NCBI GenBank assembly: GCA_034521025.1
Contig: JAXHMZ010000001.1
Span: forward strand, 15,921 to 79,920
Direction of reading: 5' to 3'
Source: Candidatus Campbellbacteria bacterium
GTDB taxonomy: Bacteria; Patescibacteriota; Minisyncoccia; Phycocordibacterales; JAXHMZ01
Length of the DNA stretch: 64,000 bases
Shown here: in pieces, positions 21,607 through 30,789 of the stretch
Numbering within the stretch: the stretch's first letter is position 1
Layout of the letters: every line of letters begins with the position of its first letter
Notes under the pieces: model-generated
What the model was told of the DNA's origin: nothing
Database searches by the model: none
What the model saw: only the letters and a program-made list of their open reading frames with translations
Made by a program: the position numbers and the translations under genes

Positions 21607-23133
21607 ATGACTGAGAACACTTCAACAACTAAAAAAGAAAGGAATGATCTGCCGGATCGACCTCCGGTTATAACTGTTATGGGTCATATCGACCATGGTA
21701 AGTCACAGCTGTTGGACCATATTCGACATACAAACGTAGTCGAAGGCGAAAGTGGCGGGATCACTCAGCACATCAGCGCTTACGAGGTTGTACACGAGTC
21801 CAAGGAACACGGCACTAAAAAAATAACTTTTCTTGACACACCGGGGCACGAAGCCTTTCAAGCCGTGCGAGCACACGGAGCTCAGGTGGCTGATATAGCG
21901 ATTCTTGTGGTTGCGGCGGACGAAGGTGTCAAACCGCAAACAAAGGAGGCACTAGAAACTATAAAGGCCGCTGGGATTCCGTATATCGTAGCCCTTAACA
22001 AGATAGATAGACCGGAAGCCAGCACCGAAAGAACAAAAATGTCCCTCTCAGAGCACGAAATATATATTGAGGAATATGGCGGTGACGTGCCTTGCGTTCC
22101 CATTTCTGCCAAAACCGGCGAAGGACTAGACGTCCTCTTAGATATGATCCTCTTAGTCGCTGAGCTTGAAGAGCTAAAGGGAGACCCGGAAGACGATCCG
22201 ACGGGGGTCATCATAGAAAGTAACGTAGACCAAAGAAAAGGTGTTTCTGCTACTCTTATAATAAAGAATGGAACAATAGAGACCGGCAATTTTATAGTGG
22301 CCGGGGATGCTTACGCGCCGATACGTATTATGGAGGATTTCGTCGGAAAGAAAATTCCTCAAGCTAGTTTTTCTATGCCAGTTCGCATTGTGGGATTCAA
22401 TAAACCTCCAGCGGTCGGTTCGACTTTTCAAATAGTGAAAAACAAGAAAGAAGCGGAGGCGCTAGTTAAAGAAAATGTGACTGAAAGAAAACAGGCATCG
22501 ACTGAGATGGCAACAGGAGAGAAAAAAGAGATCGTTTTTCCACTCATCATCCGTGCTGACGTTCAAGGGTGTCTCGAGGCCATAAAGCATGAGTTTAACA
22601 AAATCGAAAGCGATTTGGTGGAGATCAAGATAGTTAGCGAAGGCGTAGGTAGTATCAGTGAAAGTGACGTAAAGATGGTAGCCGGTAATGATCACTCAAC
22701 AATCCTTGGTTTTAGAACTCCGATAGACGCCGGTGTCAGTGATGTCGCCGAACGAATGAATGTCGAAATTGAAACTTTTGACGTTATTTACAAGCTCACA
22801 GAGTGGCTCGGAGAAAAAATAAAAGAGATCACGCCGCTACAAGAAATAGACGAGGAGTTGGGACAAGCCAAAATACTCAAGAACTTTAGCAGAAGTAAAA
22901 ATAAGCAAGTTTTGGGCGGCAAAGTAACCGAAGGCAAACTAACCAAAGGAGATAGGATAAAAATACTTCGCAGAGGTGAAAACGTTGGACGAGGCAGAAT
23001 CTTAGAGTTACAATCACAGAAGATAAAAACGAATGAAGTACATGAAGATTCGGAGTTCGGCACCATGCTCGAGACAAAGGAAGATGTGTCGTCCGGAGAC
23101 ACATTGGTAGCTTTCAAAACTGTAGAGAAATAG
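21607..23133 (+). CDS. infB: Translation initiation factor IF-2 (short form)
   Basis: RPPVITVMGHIDHGKS, GGITQHI, DTPGHEAF and NKID. Confidence 0.97.
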   Translation: MTENTSTTKKERNDLPDRPPVITVMGHIDHGKSQLLDHIRHTNVVEGESGGITQHISAYEVVHESKEHGTKKITFLDTPGHEAFQAVRAHGAQVADIAILVVAADEGVKPQTKEALETIKAAGIPYIVALNKIDRPEASTERTKMSLSEHEIYIEEYGGDVPCVPISAKTGEGLDVLLDMILLVAELEELKGDPEDDPTGVIIESNVDQRKGVSATLIIKNGTIETGNFIVAGDAYAPIRIMEDFVGKKIPQASFSMPVRIVGFNKPPAVGSTFQIVKNKKEAEALVKENVTERKQASTEMATGEKKEIVFPLIIRADVQGCLEAIKHEFNKIESDLVEIKIVSEGVGSISESDVKMVAGNDHSTILGFRTPIDAGVSDVAERMNVEIETFDVIYKLTEWLGEKIKEITPLQEIDEELGQAKILKNFSRSKNKQVLGGKVTEGKLTKGDRIKILRRGENVGRGRILELQSQKIKTNEVHEDSEFGTMLETKEDVSSGDTLVAFKTVEK

Positions 23134-23134
23134 C

Positions 23135-23455
23135 ATGACAATACGTCAGAAAAAAGTGGCAGAGCTTATACACAAACTCGCCGCCGAATATGTCTCGCGC
23201 GAAGCAAATTCGCTCTCTATGATAACCGTAACCGGAGCCGATATTTCTCGTGACTTGGTTAATGCTAAAGTCTTCTTTACGGTTTTACCGGAAGACAAAG
23301 AAGAATCGGCGAGTGAATTCCTGGAAAGGAAAAAATATGATTTCAGAGAGTACGTACGCAAGAGTACTTCACTCAAAATACTACCAAAAATAGATTTTGC
23401 CCTTGACCTTGGCGAGAAAAACCGTCAACGTATTGAAGAACTTTCAAAAAAGTAA
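23135..23455 (+). CDS. rbfA: Ribosome-binding factor A
   Basis: Follows infB; RQKKVAELI, ITVTGADISRDLVNAKVF and PKIDFALD. Confidence 0.9.
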   Translation: MTIRQKKVAELIHKLAAEYVSREANSLSMITVTGADISRDLVNAKVFFTVLPEDKEESASEFLERKKYDFREYVRKSTSLKILPKIDFALDLGEKNRQRIEELSKK

Positions 23456-23458
23456 ACT

Positions 23459-23530
23459 GGCACGGTGGCGAAGTGGTAACGCAGCGGTCTGCAAAACCGC
23501 GATTCACGGGTTCGATTCCCGTTCGTGCCT
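23459..23530 (+). tRNA. tRNA-Cys(GCA)
   Basis: ggcacgg/tcgtgcc acceptor stem, U discriminator, gcggt-ctgcaaa-accgc anticodon arm. Confidence 0.95.
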
Positions 23531-23994
23531 CAATTTCTAATTCTTCTCTAGGAGTTCTAATGTCTAATAAAAGTAAAAAATAAGGGCCACTGAGTATTCA
23601 GTGGCCCTGTGTGGGAGAGCAGTGATATTTTCTAGTGGGTCTTATCGCGTCAATCTTACAAGCGCGCCGGCTCGATTGATCTCGCGAATGGCTTGCAGTG
23701 TAAGGTCGGCGTGCCTACAGGCATCTCTCTCGCTAAAGCCCTCTTTTCTCTTATGTTCGCGGGCGTTCATCCAGGTGCGCTTCTCCTCGTCTGTACGTCC
23801 ACGAACCGGCAGTTGAAGCAACTTGACCTTTTTTGCATTTCTCATAACTGCTCCACTAAGCAACATTAGAGGCTTGTTGACTGACCACTCTCCCAACCGG
23901 GAGTTTAAATTAACGAGAGAAAATTAGCAAGAAAATATTTTTGCCCTTAAGTTGATAACATAGATTACAATTTTGTTTTATACTAGAGATAAGT

Positions 23995-25305
23995 ATGAAA
24001 AAGCTTATCAAAAGGTTGCTTCCGGAAAGATCGCTGCTTTTTTATCACTATTTAGTAGCTATATTCGCCGCCATACGCTTTGGCTTTCCATCACGCGACA
24101 TGGTTGTAATAGGTGTTACCGGTACAAAGGGCAAAACCTCGGCAGCAAACTTCATTTGGTCTGTTCTGCAAATGAGCGACTATAAGACCGGCATCATCAC
24201 AACGGCCAATATTCGCATCGGGCACAAAGAGATAACCAACGATATGCATATGACAATGCCCGGCCGATTTGCTATTCAAAAACTTCTCAGTGAGATGGCA
24301 GAGGAAGGATGTACGCACGTAGTGGTAGAAACTACTTCAGAGGGCCTTAAGCAGTTCCGACACGTAGGCATAAATTACGATTACTGTATATTTACGAACC
24401 TCTATCCTGAACACCTATCTTCGCACGAAGGAAGTATGGAAAAATATAAAGAACAAAAAGGGGTTCTGTTCAAAACTCTTTCGCGTTCCCGTCGCAAGGT
24501 AGTAAATAACAGACGTATTGCCAAGGTAAACATAGTCAATCGTGACAGTGACTACGCCGAATATTTCGGATCATTCAAGGCCGATCATAAAACAGACTTT
24601 TCAATTGAAGAAAAATCAGACTTTCAAGCCAAAAATATAGAGGATACTGAGCTCGGAGTCGCCTTTAAGGTCAACGGAGACAAATACGAGATCTTGATCC
24701 CTGGCAAATTTAATGTGTATAACGCCCTCCCTGCCATAGCCGTGGCAAAAGAAGAGAAAATTCCCAAAGAAAATGTCGCCAGAGGACTAAAGCAACTAAG
24801 CATTATTCCCGGACGAATGGAAAGGATAGACGTGGGTCAAAATTTCTTTACCTTTGTCGACTACGCTCACGAACGTGAAAGTATGCGACAATCTCTAGAA
24901 ACGGCCAGCTCCATCGTGCGTCCAAGCGATCGAATAATAGTTCTCTTAGGAGCCGAGGGAGGCGGTAGAGACATCGCCAAGCGCAGTGCTATGGGAGAAG
25001 TAGCGGCTAGTATTGCTGACTGCGTTGTCGTATCTAACGTTGACCCCTATGATAGCGACCCGGAAGAAATACTGGAAGATATCGCCCGAGCCTCGGAAGA
25101 ACACGGAAAGGTTCGCGACAAAGATCTTTTTGTTATAGAAGATCGGCGCGAAGGAATACGAAAGGCGCTTTCACTAGCGCGTCCGGATGACATCGTAATG
25201 ATAACCGGCAAAGGATCTGAGCAATCCATCATAATAGGAAATAAAAAAATTCCCTGGGATGACAGAGAAGTAACCCAGGAAGAGCTTCTTAATATGAAAA
25301 AATAA
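23995..25305 (+). CDS. murE: UDP-MurNAc-tripeptide synthetase (MurE family)
   Basis: IGVTGTKGKTS, VVETTSEG, FTNLYPEHL, FNVYN, PGRMERI, VDYAH and ITGKGSE. Confidence 0.92.
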   Translation: MKKLIKRLLPERSLLFYHYLVAIFAAIRFGFPSRDMVVIGVTGTKGKTSAANFIWSVLQMSDYKTGIITTANIRIGHKEITNDMHMTMPGRFAIQKLLSEMAEEGCTHVVVETTSEGLKQFRHVGINYDYCIFTNLYPEHLSSHEGSMEKYKEQKGVLFKTLSRSRRKVVNNRRIAKVNIVNRDSDYAEYFGSFKADHKTDFSIEEKSDFQAKNIEDTELGVAFKVNGDKYEILIPGKFNVYNALPAIAVAKEEKIPKENVARGLKQLSIIPGRMERIDVGQNFFTFVDYAHERESMRQSLETASSIVRPSDRIIVLLGAEGGGRDIAKRSAMGEVAASIADCVVVSNVDPYDSDPEEILEDIARASEEHGKVRDKDLFVIEDRREGIRKALSLARPDDIVMITGKGSEQSIIIGNKKIPWDDREVTQEELLNMKK

Positions 25306-25337
25306 AGCGTCCCGTGGGACGCTTGTGAGAATTTGGT

Positions 25338-25514
25338 CTACCTCGATATTATCAAGGCAAACTGAGTAGCAAGAACTGAAACCGTGAAATAATACGGTAT
25401 TAACTTTTTAACCTTCCCTGCCGGCATGCCGCCTATTACTAGAAGTAGAACGGGTACAGAGGTCGCGATCATAGCAACCAAAACCACCCAAACGGAAAGT
25501 TGTATTCCTGTCAT
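25338..25514 (-). CDS. Small membrane protein (58 aa)
   Basis: AGGAGG RBS; manual translation MTGIQLSVWVVLVAMIATSVPVLLLVIGG... with two hydrophobic stretches. Confidence 0.55.
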   Translation of the reverse strand: MTGIQLSVWVVLVAMIATSVPVLLLVIGGMPAGKVKKLIPYYFTVSVLATQFALIISR

Positions 25515-25591
25515 TTCTACCTCCTATGTTTGGCAAGAAAACCTTTGCGTTTTATATCAGCTTTAAGTAAAGTATTCAATAGTGAATATTT

Positions 25592-25674
25592 GCCCGGGTG
25601 GCGGAATAGGTAGACGCGCGAGACTTAAAATTTCGTAACCTTTGGTTGTGCGGGTTCGATTCCCGCCCCGGGCA
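25592..25674 (+). tRNA. tRNA-Leu(TAA)
   Basis: gcccggg/cccgggc acceptor stem, cgaga-cttaaaa-tttcg anticodon arm, variable arm. Confidence 0.95.
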
Positions 25675-26105
25675 CAACGAACAAAGTGAGTTGGTAGAAA
25701 GCTCATTTCTGAGCTTTCGTGCGGGAATCGAAAAGGTTCTCCCATATCCCTCACCAGTTTTCTGGTGGGGGATGGGAAACCTGCACAGATCCTGTAAGGT
25801 TGAGCTGCGAGCGAGCGCAGCAACGAAAAACCTTTTGAGATATTTTGTGAGATACCGAAACAAAATATCCAAAAGGTGTACTGATCTCGTGAATCGATTC
25901 GCCCCGGGCACTAATAAAACCAATGGAAGTAGCAAGCAAACAGTTTGCTTCGGTGAACGAAATCGAAAAGGTTGAGTAGTCGGACGGAACGAAGTGATAC
26001 GACACGATACCGATTGTAGTTCAGATTCCCGCCCCGAGCACAAGAGAGTGAAGCGAGCGTAATGCTCGGGAGCATGCAAACTGCTTTGTGTGCGATGAAG
26101 AATCA
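25675..26105 (+). mobile_element. tRNA-Leu(TAA)-linked array: two distinct elements (25675-25910, 25911-26040) plus a partial third
   Basis: tRNA 3' copies at 25894-25910 and 26024-26040; perfect antisense gcgggaatcgaa at 25721-25732. Confidence 0.75.
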
Positions 26106-26247
26106 AAAAATTGATTCTTGCAAAAAGTGTTTTTTCAACGTAGAATGTTTTTCGTCTATTTTTGGAAAAGCAATCTAGCAACCTGCGATAGGAAAATTTG
26201 ATTCAAGATCCTGAGGTTATACAATAGCTAGAGTGTAGATATTAGAC

Positions 26248-26438
26248 CCGCCCATAGCTCAGTTGGATAAAACAGAAACTGCTTTCTGTTTTATCCGGTT
26301 CCGCGTAAGCGGAAACTTCCGTTGTTGAGCGTAGCGAAACAGGAAGTAGGAGGAAGAGTTTACTCTAACAACTGAGCATTTCGGGGACAGTACATAAGCA
26401 CTGGTACCATCGCGTGGTATAGTGGTACAAATAATTAA
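26248..26438 (+). mobile_element. Element duplicating the tRNA-Lys 5' end
   Basis: ccgcccatagctcagttgg at 26248-26266 and 26439-26457; internal hairpins including aaa-ctgc-ttt; antisense caactgagc at 26369-26377. Confidence 0.65.
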
Positions 26439-26511
26439 CCGCCCATAGCTCAGTTGGTAGAGCAGTTGCCTTTTAAGCAAACGGTCCTAGGTTCGAATCC
26501 TAGTGGGCGGA
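26439..26511 (+). tRNA. tRNA-Lys(TTT)
   Basis: ccgccca/tgggcgg acceptor stem, ttgc-cttttaa-gcaa anticodon arm, GGTTCGAATCC. Confidence 0.95.
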
Positions 26512-26947
26512 CACGAAAGAAGTGAGGGGACGACCAAGCAAACAAATAGTTTTGTTTGCGTCTAGGATGAGAAGAGGTCGAATATATCGCGCGCAGTACA
26601 GCGAGCACGATTTGAGACCTGTACCGAATCCGTAAGATTCGAATCCTGAGTCGGGCGGACACGAAAGAAGTGAGGGGACGACCAAGCAAACAAATAGTTT
26701 TGTTTGCGTCTAGGATGAGAAAAGGCTCAAATGGTCCGGGGGACTGTTTGAGAAGGTTGCCAGATAGTTTGAGAGCTTGCGAACCAAACTATCGACAACC
26801 TGTACAGCTCCTGTAAGGAGGAATTAATCGGGCGCAGCTTGGCGAGCACGATTTGAGACCTGTACCGAATCTGTAAGATTCGAATCCTGAGTCGGGCGGA
26901 CACGAACAAAGTGAGAGGACGACCAAGCAAGCAAATAGTTTTGTTTG
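26512..26947 (+). mobile_element. tRNA-Lys-linked array: units of 148 and 241 bp plus a partial third
   Basis: ttcgaatcctgagtcgggcgga ends at 26659 and 26900; shared leader and hairpin; the second unit carries an extra ~97-bp module. Confidence 0.8.
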
Positions 26948-27016
26948 TTTTAGTGTGGATAACAAAAGAAGATCGTGCGTGTAGAATGCAATAGTAACAT
27001 TTAAATATAAAATTTT

Positions 27017-28321
27017 ATGAATAAGCAACTAACTGATTACGTACGCACCCAACTCGAAGCAGGAGTGTCACGCGAAGACATCACTCGGGCTTTAAAATCC
27101 GAAGGCGGATGGACAGAAGAAGAAATTGACAAGGCATTAAAGATCGTTGAAGGCGACCTTGGCAATACAAGCTCTGCTGACCAGGAACAGCCTGAGACTA
27201 GAACAGAGAACATCACTAGTAGCCAAGCAAGCTCTTCTGCTCCTCTCCTGGTTGGGGTAGTGGTACTCCTTTTTGTGGGAGGAATAGCTGGTGCTGCTTA
27301 TTTTAGAAATCATATTCCCTTCTTAAATTTTAGCGAACGCCCACCAGAAGATCTGCTCGAAAGAATAGGTCAAGCTTATAAAGAGCTTGATTCCTTTTCA
27401 TTTTCAACTCAAGCGGATATCACGACGGAAGGACCTATGTCTTACTTTGATCCTCTTGCCAAGGAAGACCCTTCGGAGTTAGTTTCAATGGATTATTCCG
27501 TGAATATTGACGGCGGTTTTGATGTCTCGGATGTTAATTCAATAACGGCTACTATGAATGCATCAATGGAAACTTCTACTTCTGAAAACTTCAAGGCCGG
27601 TAGTAATGACTTTGATTCTGAATTGGCGATCAGATTTATAGACAATACGCTGTATATAAATCTAGCTAAAGCCCCGAATATTGGATTTTTCTCCTTGTCT
27701 CCGTTTGAAAACCAGTGGATCTCTATAGACCCAGAAAGTAGTGAGGAATTTGGTTACTCTATTTCAGAAGAAGAACTCGACAAAAACGTAGAAGAAGTGA
27801 TCGCTCAAGCAATGGAAGTGGCCGGACAGCTAAAAGAAATTAACGCCGAACACGGAGGTTTTGAAGTAGCCTACGAAGGAACCGAAAGGATAGAAGGCGA
27901 CAGTTCTTATCATTTTGCTATAGGCATAAACAAGGAAAATATTTACGACACACTCGTCGCTATATCAGAAGAATTTAGCGTGGAAGGCGAAGAAGTTAAT
28001 TATCCACCGCGTTCAGAACTAGAAGAAATGCTGAAACCAGTTGAAAACGTATCTTTAGACGTTTACGTTAGCAAATCAAACTATCTCGTCACAAAAGAAT
28101 CGTTAAGCGCTGAGTACAGTGATGACGAAGAAGCTAGCGGCACTATGAACGTAACTACAACCTACTCCAACTTCAATGAACCATTAAACGTCGAAGCTCC
28201 AGAAGACGCTAGGTCATTTGAAGATGTACTCAATGAGATGTTCGGTCCTATGATGAACTCACAGATGAATACTGGAGTAAATCAAGGTGACGGCTCAGAT
28301 TCTTTTGAGATTGATAGCTGA
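27017..28321 (+). CDS. Single-pass membrane protein with acidic extracellular domain
   Basis: N-terminus MNKQLTDYVRTQLEAGVSREDI...GWTEEEI, one TM helix, then a beta-rich domain ending YSNFNEPLNVEAP (LppX/LolA-like fold is a guess). Confidence 0.7.
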   Translation: MNKQLTDYVRTQLEAGVSREDITRALKSEGGWTEEEIDKALKIVEGDLGNTSSADQEQPETRTENITSSQASSSAPLLVGVVVLLFVGGIAGAAYFRNHIPFLNFSERPPEDLLERIGQAYKELDSFSFSTQADITTEGPMSYFDPLAKEDPSELVSMDYSVNIDGGFDVSDVNSITATMNASMETSTSENFKAGSNDFDSELAIRFIDNTLYINLAKAPNIGFFSLSPFENQWISIDPESSEEFGYSISEEELDKNVEEVIAQAMEVAGQLKEINAEHGGFEVAYEGTERIEGDSSYHFAIGINKENIYDTLVAISEEFSVEGEEVNYPPRSELEEMLKPVENVSLDVYVSKSNYLVTKESLSAEYSDDEEASGTMNVTTTYSNFNEPLNVEAPEDARSFEDVLNEMFGPMMNSQMNTGVNQGDGSDSFEIDS

Positions 28322-28405
28322 AGCAACTTCTAGAATCTTAGAATCAAAATAGTGGGTTAATAACTTGAGTAAAGTATATAGCTTTGCTATGCTTGGTGAC
28401 ATCAC

Positions 28406-28487
28406 GCCGGGGTGGCGAAATTGGTAGACGCGCCAGTCTTAGGAACTGGTGGAGCAATCCATGGAGGTTCGAGTCCTCTCCCCGGCA
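28406..28487 (+). tRNA. tRNA-Leu(TAG)
   Basis: gccgggg/ccccggc acceptor stem, ccagt-cttagga-actgg anticodon arm, variable arm. Confidence 0.95.
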
Positions 28488-28974
28488 CACGAACAAAGTG
28501 AGTGTGACGGGGAAGCAGGCAAACTGCTTTGCCTGCGTGAGAGGACTCGAGAATGAGCATATCGCAGCGGAGCTTGTGACACATACGAGATCTGTACAGG
28601 TTCTGTAAGAACCGAGTCCTCTCCCCGGCACACGAACAAAGTGAGTGTGACGGGGAAGCAGGTAAACTGCTTTACCTGTGCGAGGACGAGAAAAGGCTGA
28701 GTTTATCGCAACGAGTCCGCAGGACGAAGTGTCAGTCTGTACCGAACCGAAGTCGACTCCCCGGCACAGGTTGAGCGCAGCGAAAGCTGGGCCGGGAGAA
28801 AGACAATTTCTTGTCTTGCGTGAGAGGGCTCGAAAAGATCGAGTATATCGAGCGCAACTCTGTGAGCACGATACGAGATCTGTACAGGTTCAGTAAGAAC
28901 CGAGTCCTCTCCCCGGCACAAGTGAGTCCGCGAACGCAGTGACGGGAGCAGGTAAACTGTTTTGCCTGCGTGAT
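28488..28974 (+). mobile_element. tRNA-Leu(TAG)-linked array: three diverged units (143, 136, 152 bp) plus a partial fourth
   Basis: ...ctccccggca ends at 28630, 28766 and 28918; antisense segments at 28502-28513 and 28539-28550. Confidence 0.85.
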
Positions 28975-28995
28975 TTGTTGTATCTCTTTTTATAT

Positions 28996-29023
28996 TTGAC
29001 AAAAAGTGTTTTTATAGTATAAT
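28996..29023 (+). promoter_or_regulatory. Consensus sigma70 promoter TTGACA-N16-TATAAT
   Basis: ttgaca aaaagtgtttttatag tataat upstream of the SPFH gene. Confidence 0.7.
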
Positions 29024-29079
29024 CTCAAGCAGAACTAACTTACGTTTCTTGACATAACTCAACACGAAAGGAGTTAAAA

Positions 29080-30108
29080 ATGAAAAGCTACTTCGACATT
29101 CTCGGAGCCTACTTTGACGTTGAAGGATTCAACAGATCACAAGAGCAAAGCGAGACCTTTGTCATTCCCAAGGTAGAAAGTTACATCCTTGGGGCTATAA
29201 TTTCGACAGCATTCGCGATTGTAGCTTGGATCCTACTGCTAGTTACCTTCGGCATGCTTTCGATAGATCTCAATATCGCATTGAGTTTGTTGATGGCAAT
29301 TGGCGTATGGATGGTGGTCTTCGCAGGCGGCCTGGTAAGCATTGAAGTGGGGTTTCTGGGAGTCATCGTAATTCTGGGTGAGCGTATTAAAAATGCTCAT
29401 CTAGGTGAAGGTGTCTTCTGGCTCATCCCCTTCTTCACCAGCTCAGAGTACGTGGACGCCCGACAACAGCATAAAGATACCCACGTTAACCAAGCGCTAA
29501 CAAAAGGAACAGGCAAGGTAGGCAAAGTAGACTTGGACGTGGATGTAAACTCTGCATGGCTAGTGGACAATCCGTACAGACGACTGAACGTCAATATGGC
29601 AAACATTGAAGGTTTAGTAGATGATGCTATAAGGAGCTCAGTTGTAAGCGTAATTGGACGTCACACCAGAAAACAGGTTTTTAGAAAACACCAAAAAATA
29701 TCCAAAGAAACTAAATACGGAGAAGGCGTTAGTGAGCTTAGTGTAGAAATCGCGAAAGAGATCGAGGGAAACATCGCAACTTTTGGCGGAAAGATCGTTA
29801 GGGTCTACATCTCTACCCTCCTGCCGGACGCAAAACTGATAGAACAAGAACGCCGGGTGGCAATTGAGGAAGCACAACGAGACGCTGAGCGAATTCAATC
29901 CCAGCACGTAATCGATGAAGTAAATAAAATCGCAAAGGAAACGGGGGCGTCCAAAGAACAAGCGGGTCAGTGGTTCCTTGCACAAATTGATAAGGCCGAA
30001 ATCAAGGTTGATCAGAACAACTTCAACGTAAACACAGAAACTCTTGACGCTCTCAAGGTAATTAGCGATTCCGTGATCAACAAGATCTTGGGGAAACAAG
30101 GTGACTAA
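29080..30108 (+). CDS. SPFH/Band 7 (stomatin/prohibitin-like) membrane protein
   Basis: Two N-terminal TMs, SIEVGFLGVIVILGER...LGEGVFWLIPF, and a C-terminal coiled coil. Confidence 0.75.
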   Translation: MKSYFDILGAYFDVEGFNRSQEQSETFVIPKVESYILGAIISTAFAIVAWILLLVTFGMLSIDLNIALSLLMAIGVWMVVFAGGLVSIEVGFLGVIVILGERIKNAHLGEGVFWLIPFFTSSEYVDARQQHKDTHVNQALTKGTGKVGKVDLDVDVNSAWLVDNPYRRLNVNMANIEGLVDDAIRSSVVSVIGRHTRKQVFRKHQKISKETKYGEGVSELSVEIAKEIEGNIATFGGKIVRVYISTLLPDAKLIEQERRVAIEEAQRDAERIQSQHVIDEVNKIAKETGASKEQAGQWFLAQIDKAEIKVDQNNFNVNTETLDALKVISDSVINKILGKQGD

Positions 30109-30539
30109 TGGCTGAAGATAACCAGGAGTCCACGGAGTTTGTCAGAGAAGCAAAGCCCGGTTCGGCAAAAATTAGCAAAGGATGGATAAATGCCGGTGCA
30201 GGGATCATCGCTGTCGTGTTGATTGTCGTCCTGTTTAGCGCCCTTTTTTCGAACGATAACGGTGGTCAATCCCAAGAAACACGCGAAGCCAGAGAAAGAC
30301 AAGAGGAAAGAGAAAGGCTAGAAGAGAGAGAAGCCGAAGAGAGAGAGGCAGCGAGGCTCGCACGACGGGAAAACAAGATCCAAACTACCAGAGATTTTAT
30401 CTCTGGACCTTGGATAAAGGACGGGGGTGAAGGAGATACCATTGTCTACACCGACGGTTTTGACATCGACCAAGATACCGGAGAGCTTGAATCATTCGCA
30501 CGCAGTGGCGCTACTCAGCTTCGTAAGGAGAGTGGATGA
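30108..30539 (+). CDS. Hypothetical single-pass membrane protein with E/R-rich coiled coil (may be longer if frameshifted)
   Basis: Start overlaps the SPFH stop (TAATG); one TM, then REARERQEERERLEERE. Confidence 0.6.
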   Translation: MAEDNQESTEFVREAKPGSAKISKGWINAGAGIIAVVLIVVLFSALFSNDNGGQSQETREARERQEERERLEEREAEEREAARLARRENKIQTTRDFISGPWIKDGGEGDTIVYTDGFDIDQDTGELESFARSGATQLRKESG

Positions 30540-30789
30540 GGCTCGGACTTATGCAAACTCATTCTCCTGCGAAACATCAGAGATCGGTTTCGAGATTAAT
30601 CAGCTTACGAAGCAAATCTGATTCGGGAAGCGGTGCGCTCTACTTCGAGATGACGCCAACCTGAGAAGGACAGACGATCCTCTTGGTTTCACCGGTAGGT
30701 ACAAATACAAAAATCAGTGGAAGGAGATAACGTTTGTAGCACATTGAAATTTAAGGCGTGAGTATCAAACTTGATACTCACGCCTTCTT

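Noticed and set aside
23642-23896. Short minus-strand ORF between tRNA-Cys and murE
   Set aside because: It could be real because a terminator-like hairpin follows, but the start is unclear and there is no recognisable motif.
26512-26659. tRNA-associated theta/HDV-like or hammerhead ribozymes
   Set aside because: I could not find the HDV nested pseudoknot starting at the tRNA 3' end or the CUGANGA/GAAA core. A covariance-model search would be needed to exclude them fully.
28840-28885. Core GAGTATATCG...GCACGATACGA as group II intron domain V
   Set aside because: The resemblance is superficial: no AGC/CGC triad with a GNRA-capped 34-nt hairpin, and none of domains I-IV.
28469-28918. Arrays of ~20-nt direct repeats as a CRISPR array
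   Set aside because: The repeats are tRNA 3' ends, the 'spacers' are over 110 bp and homologous to each other, and there are no cas genes.
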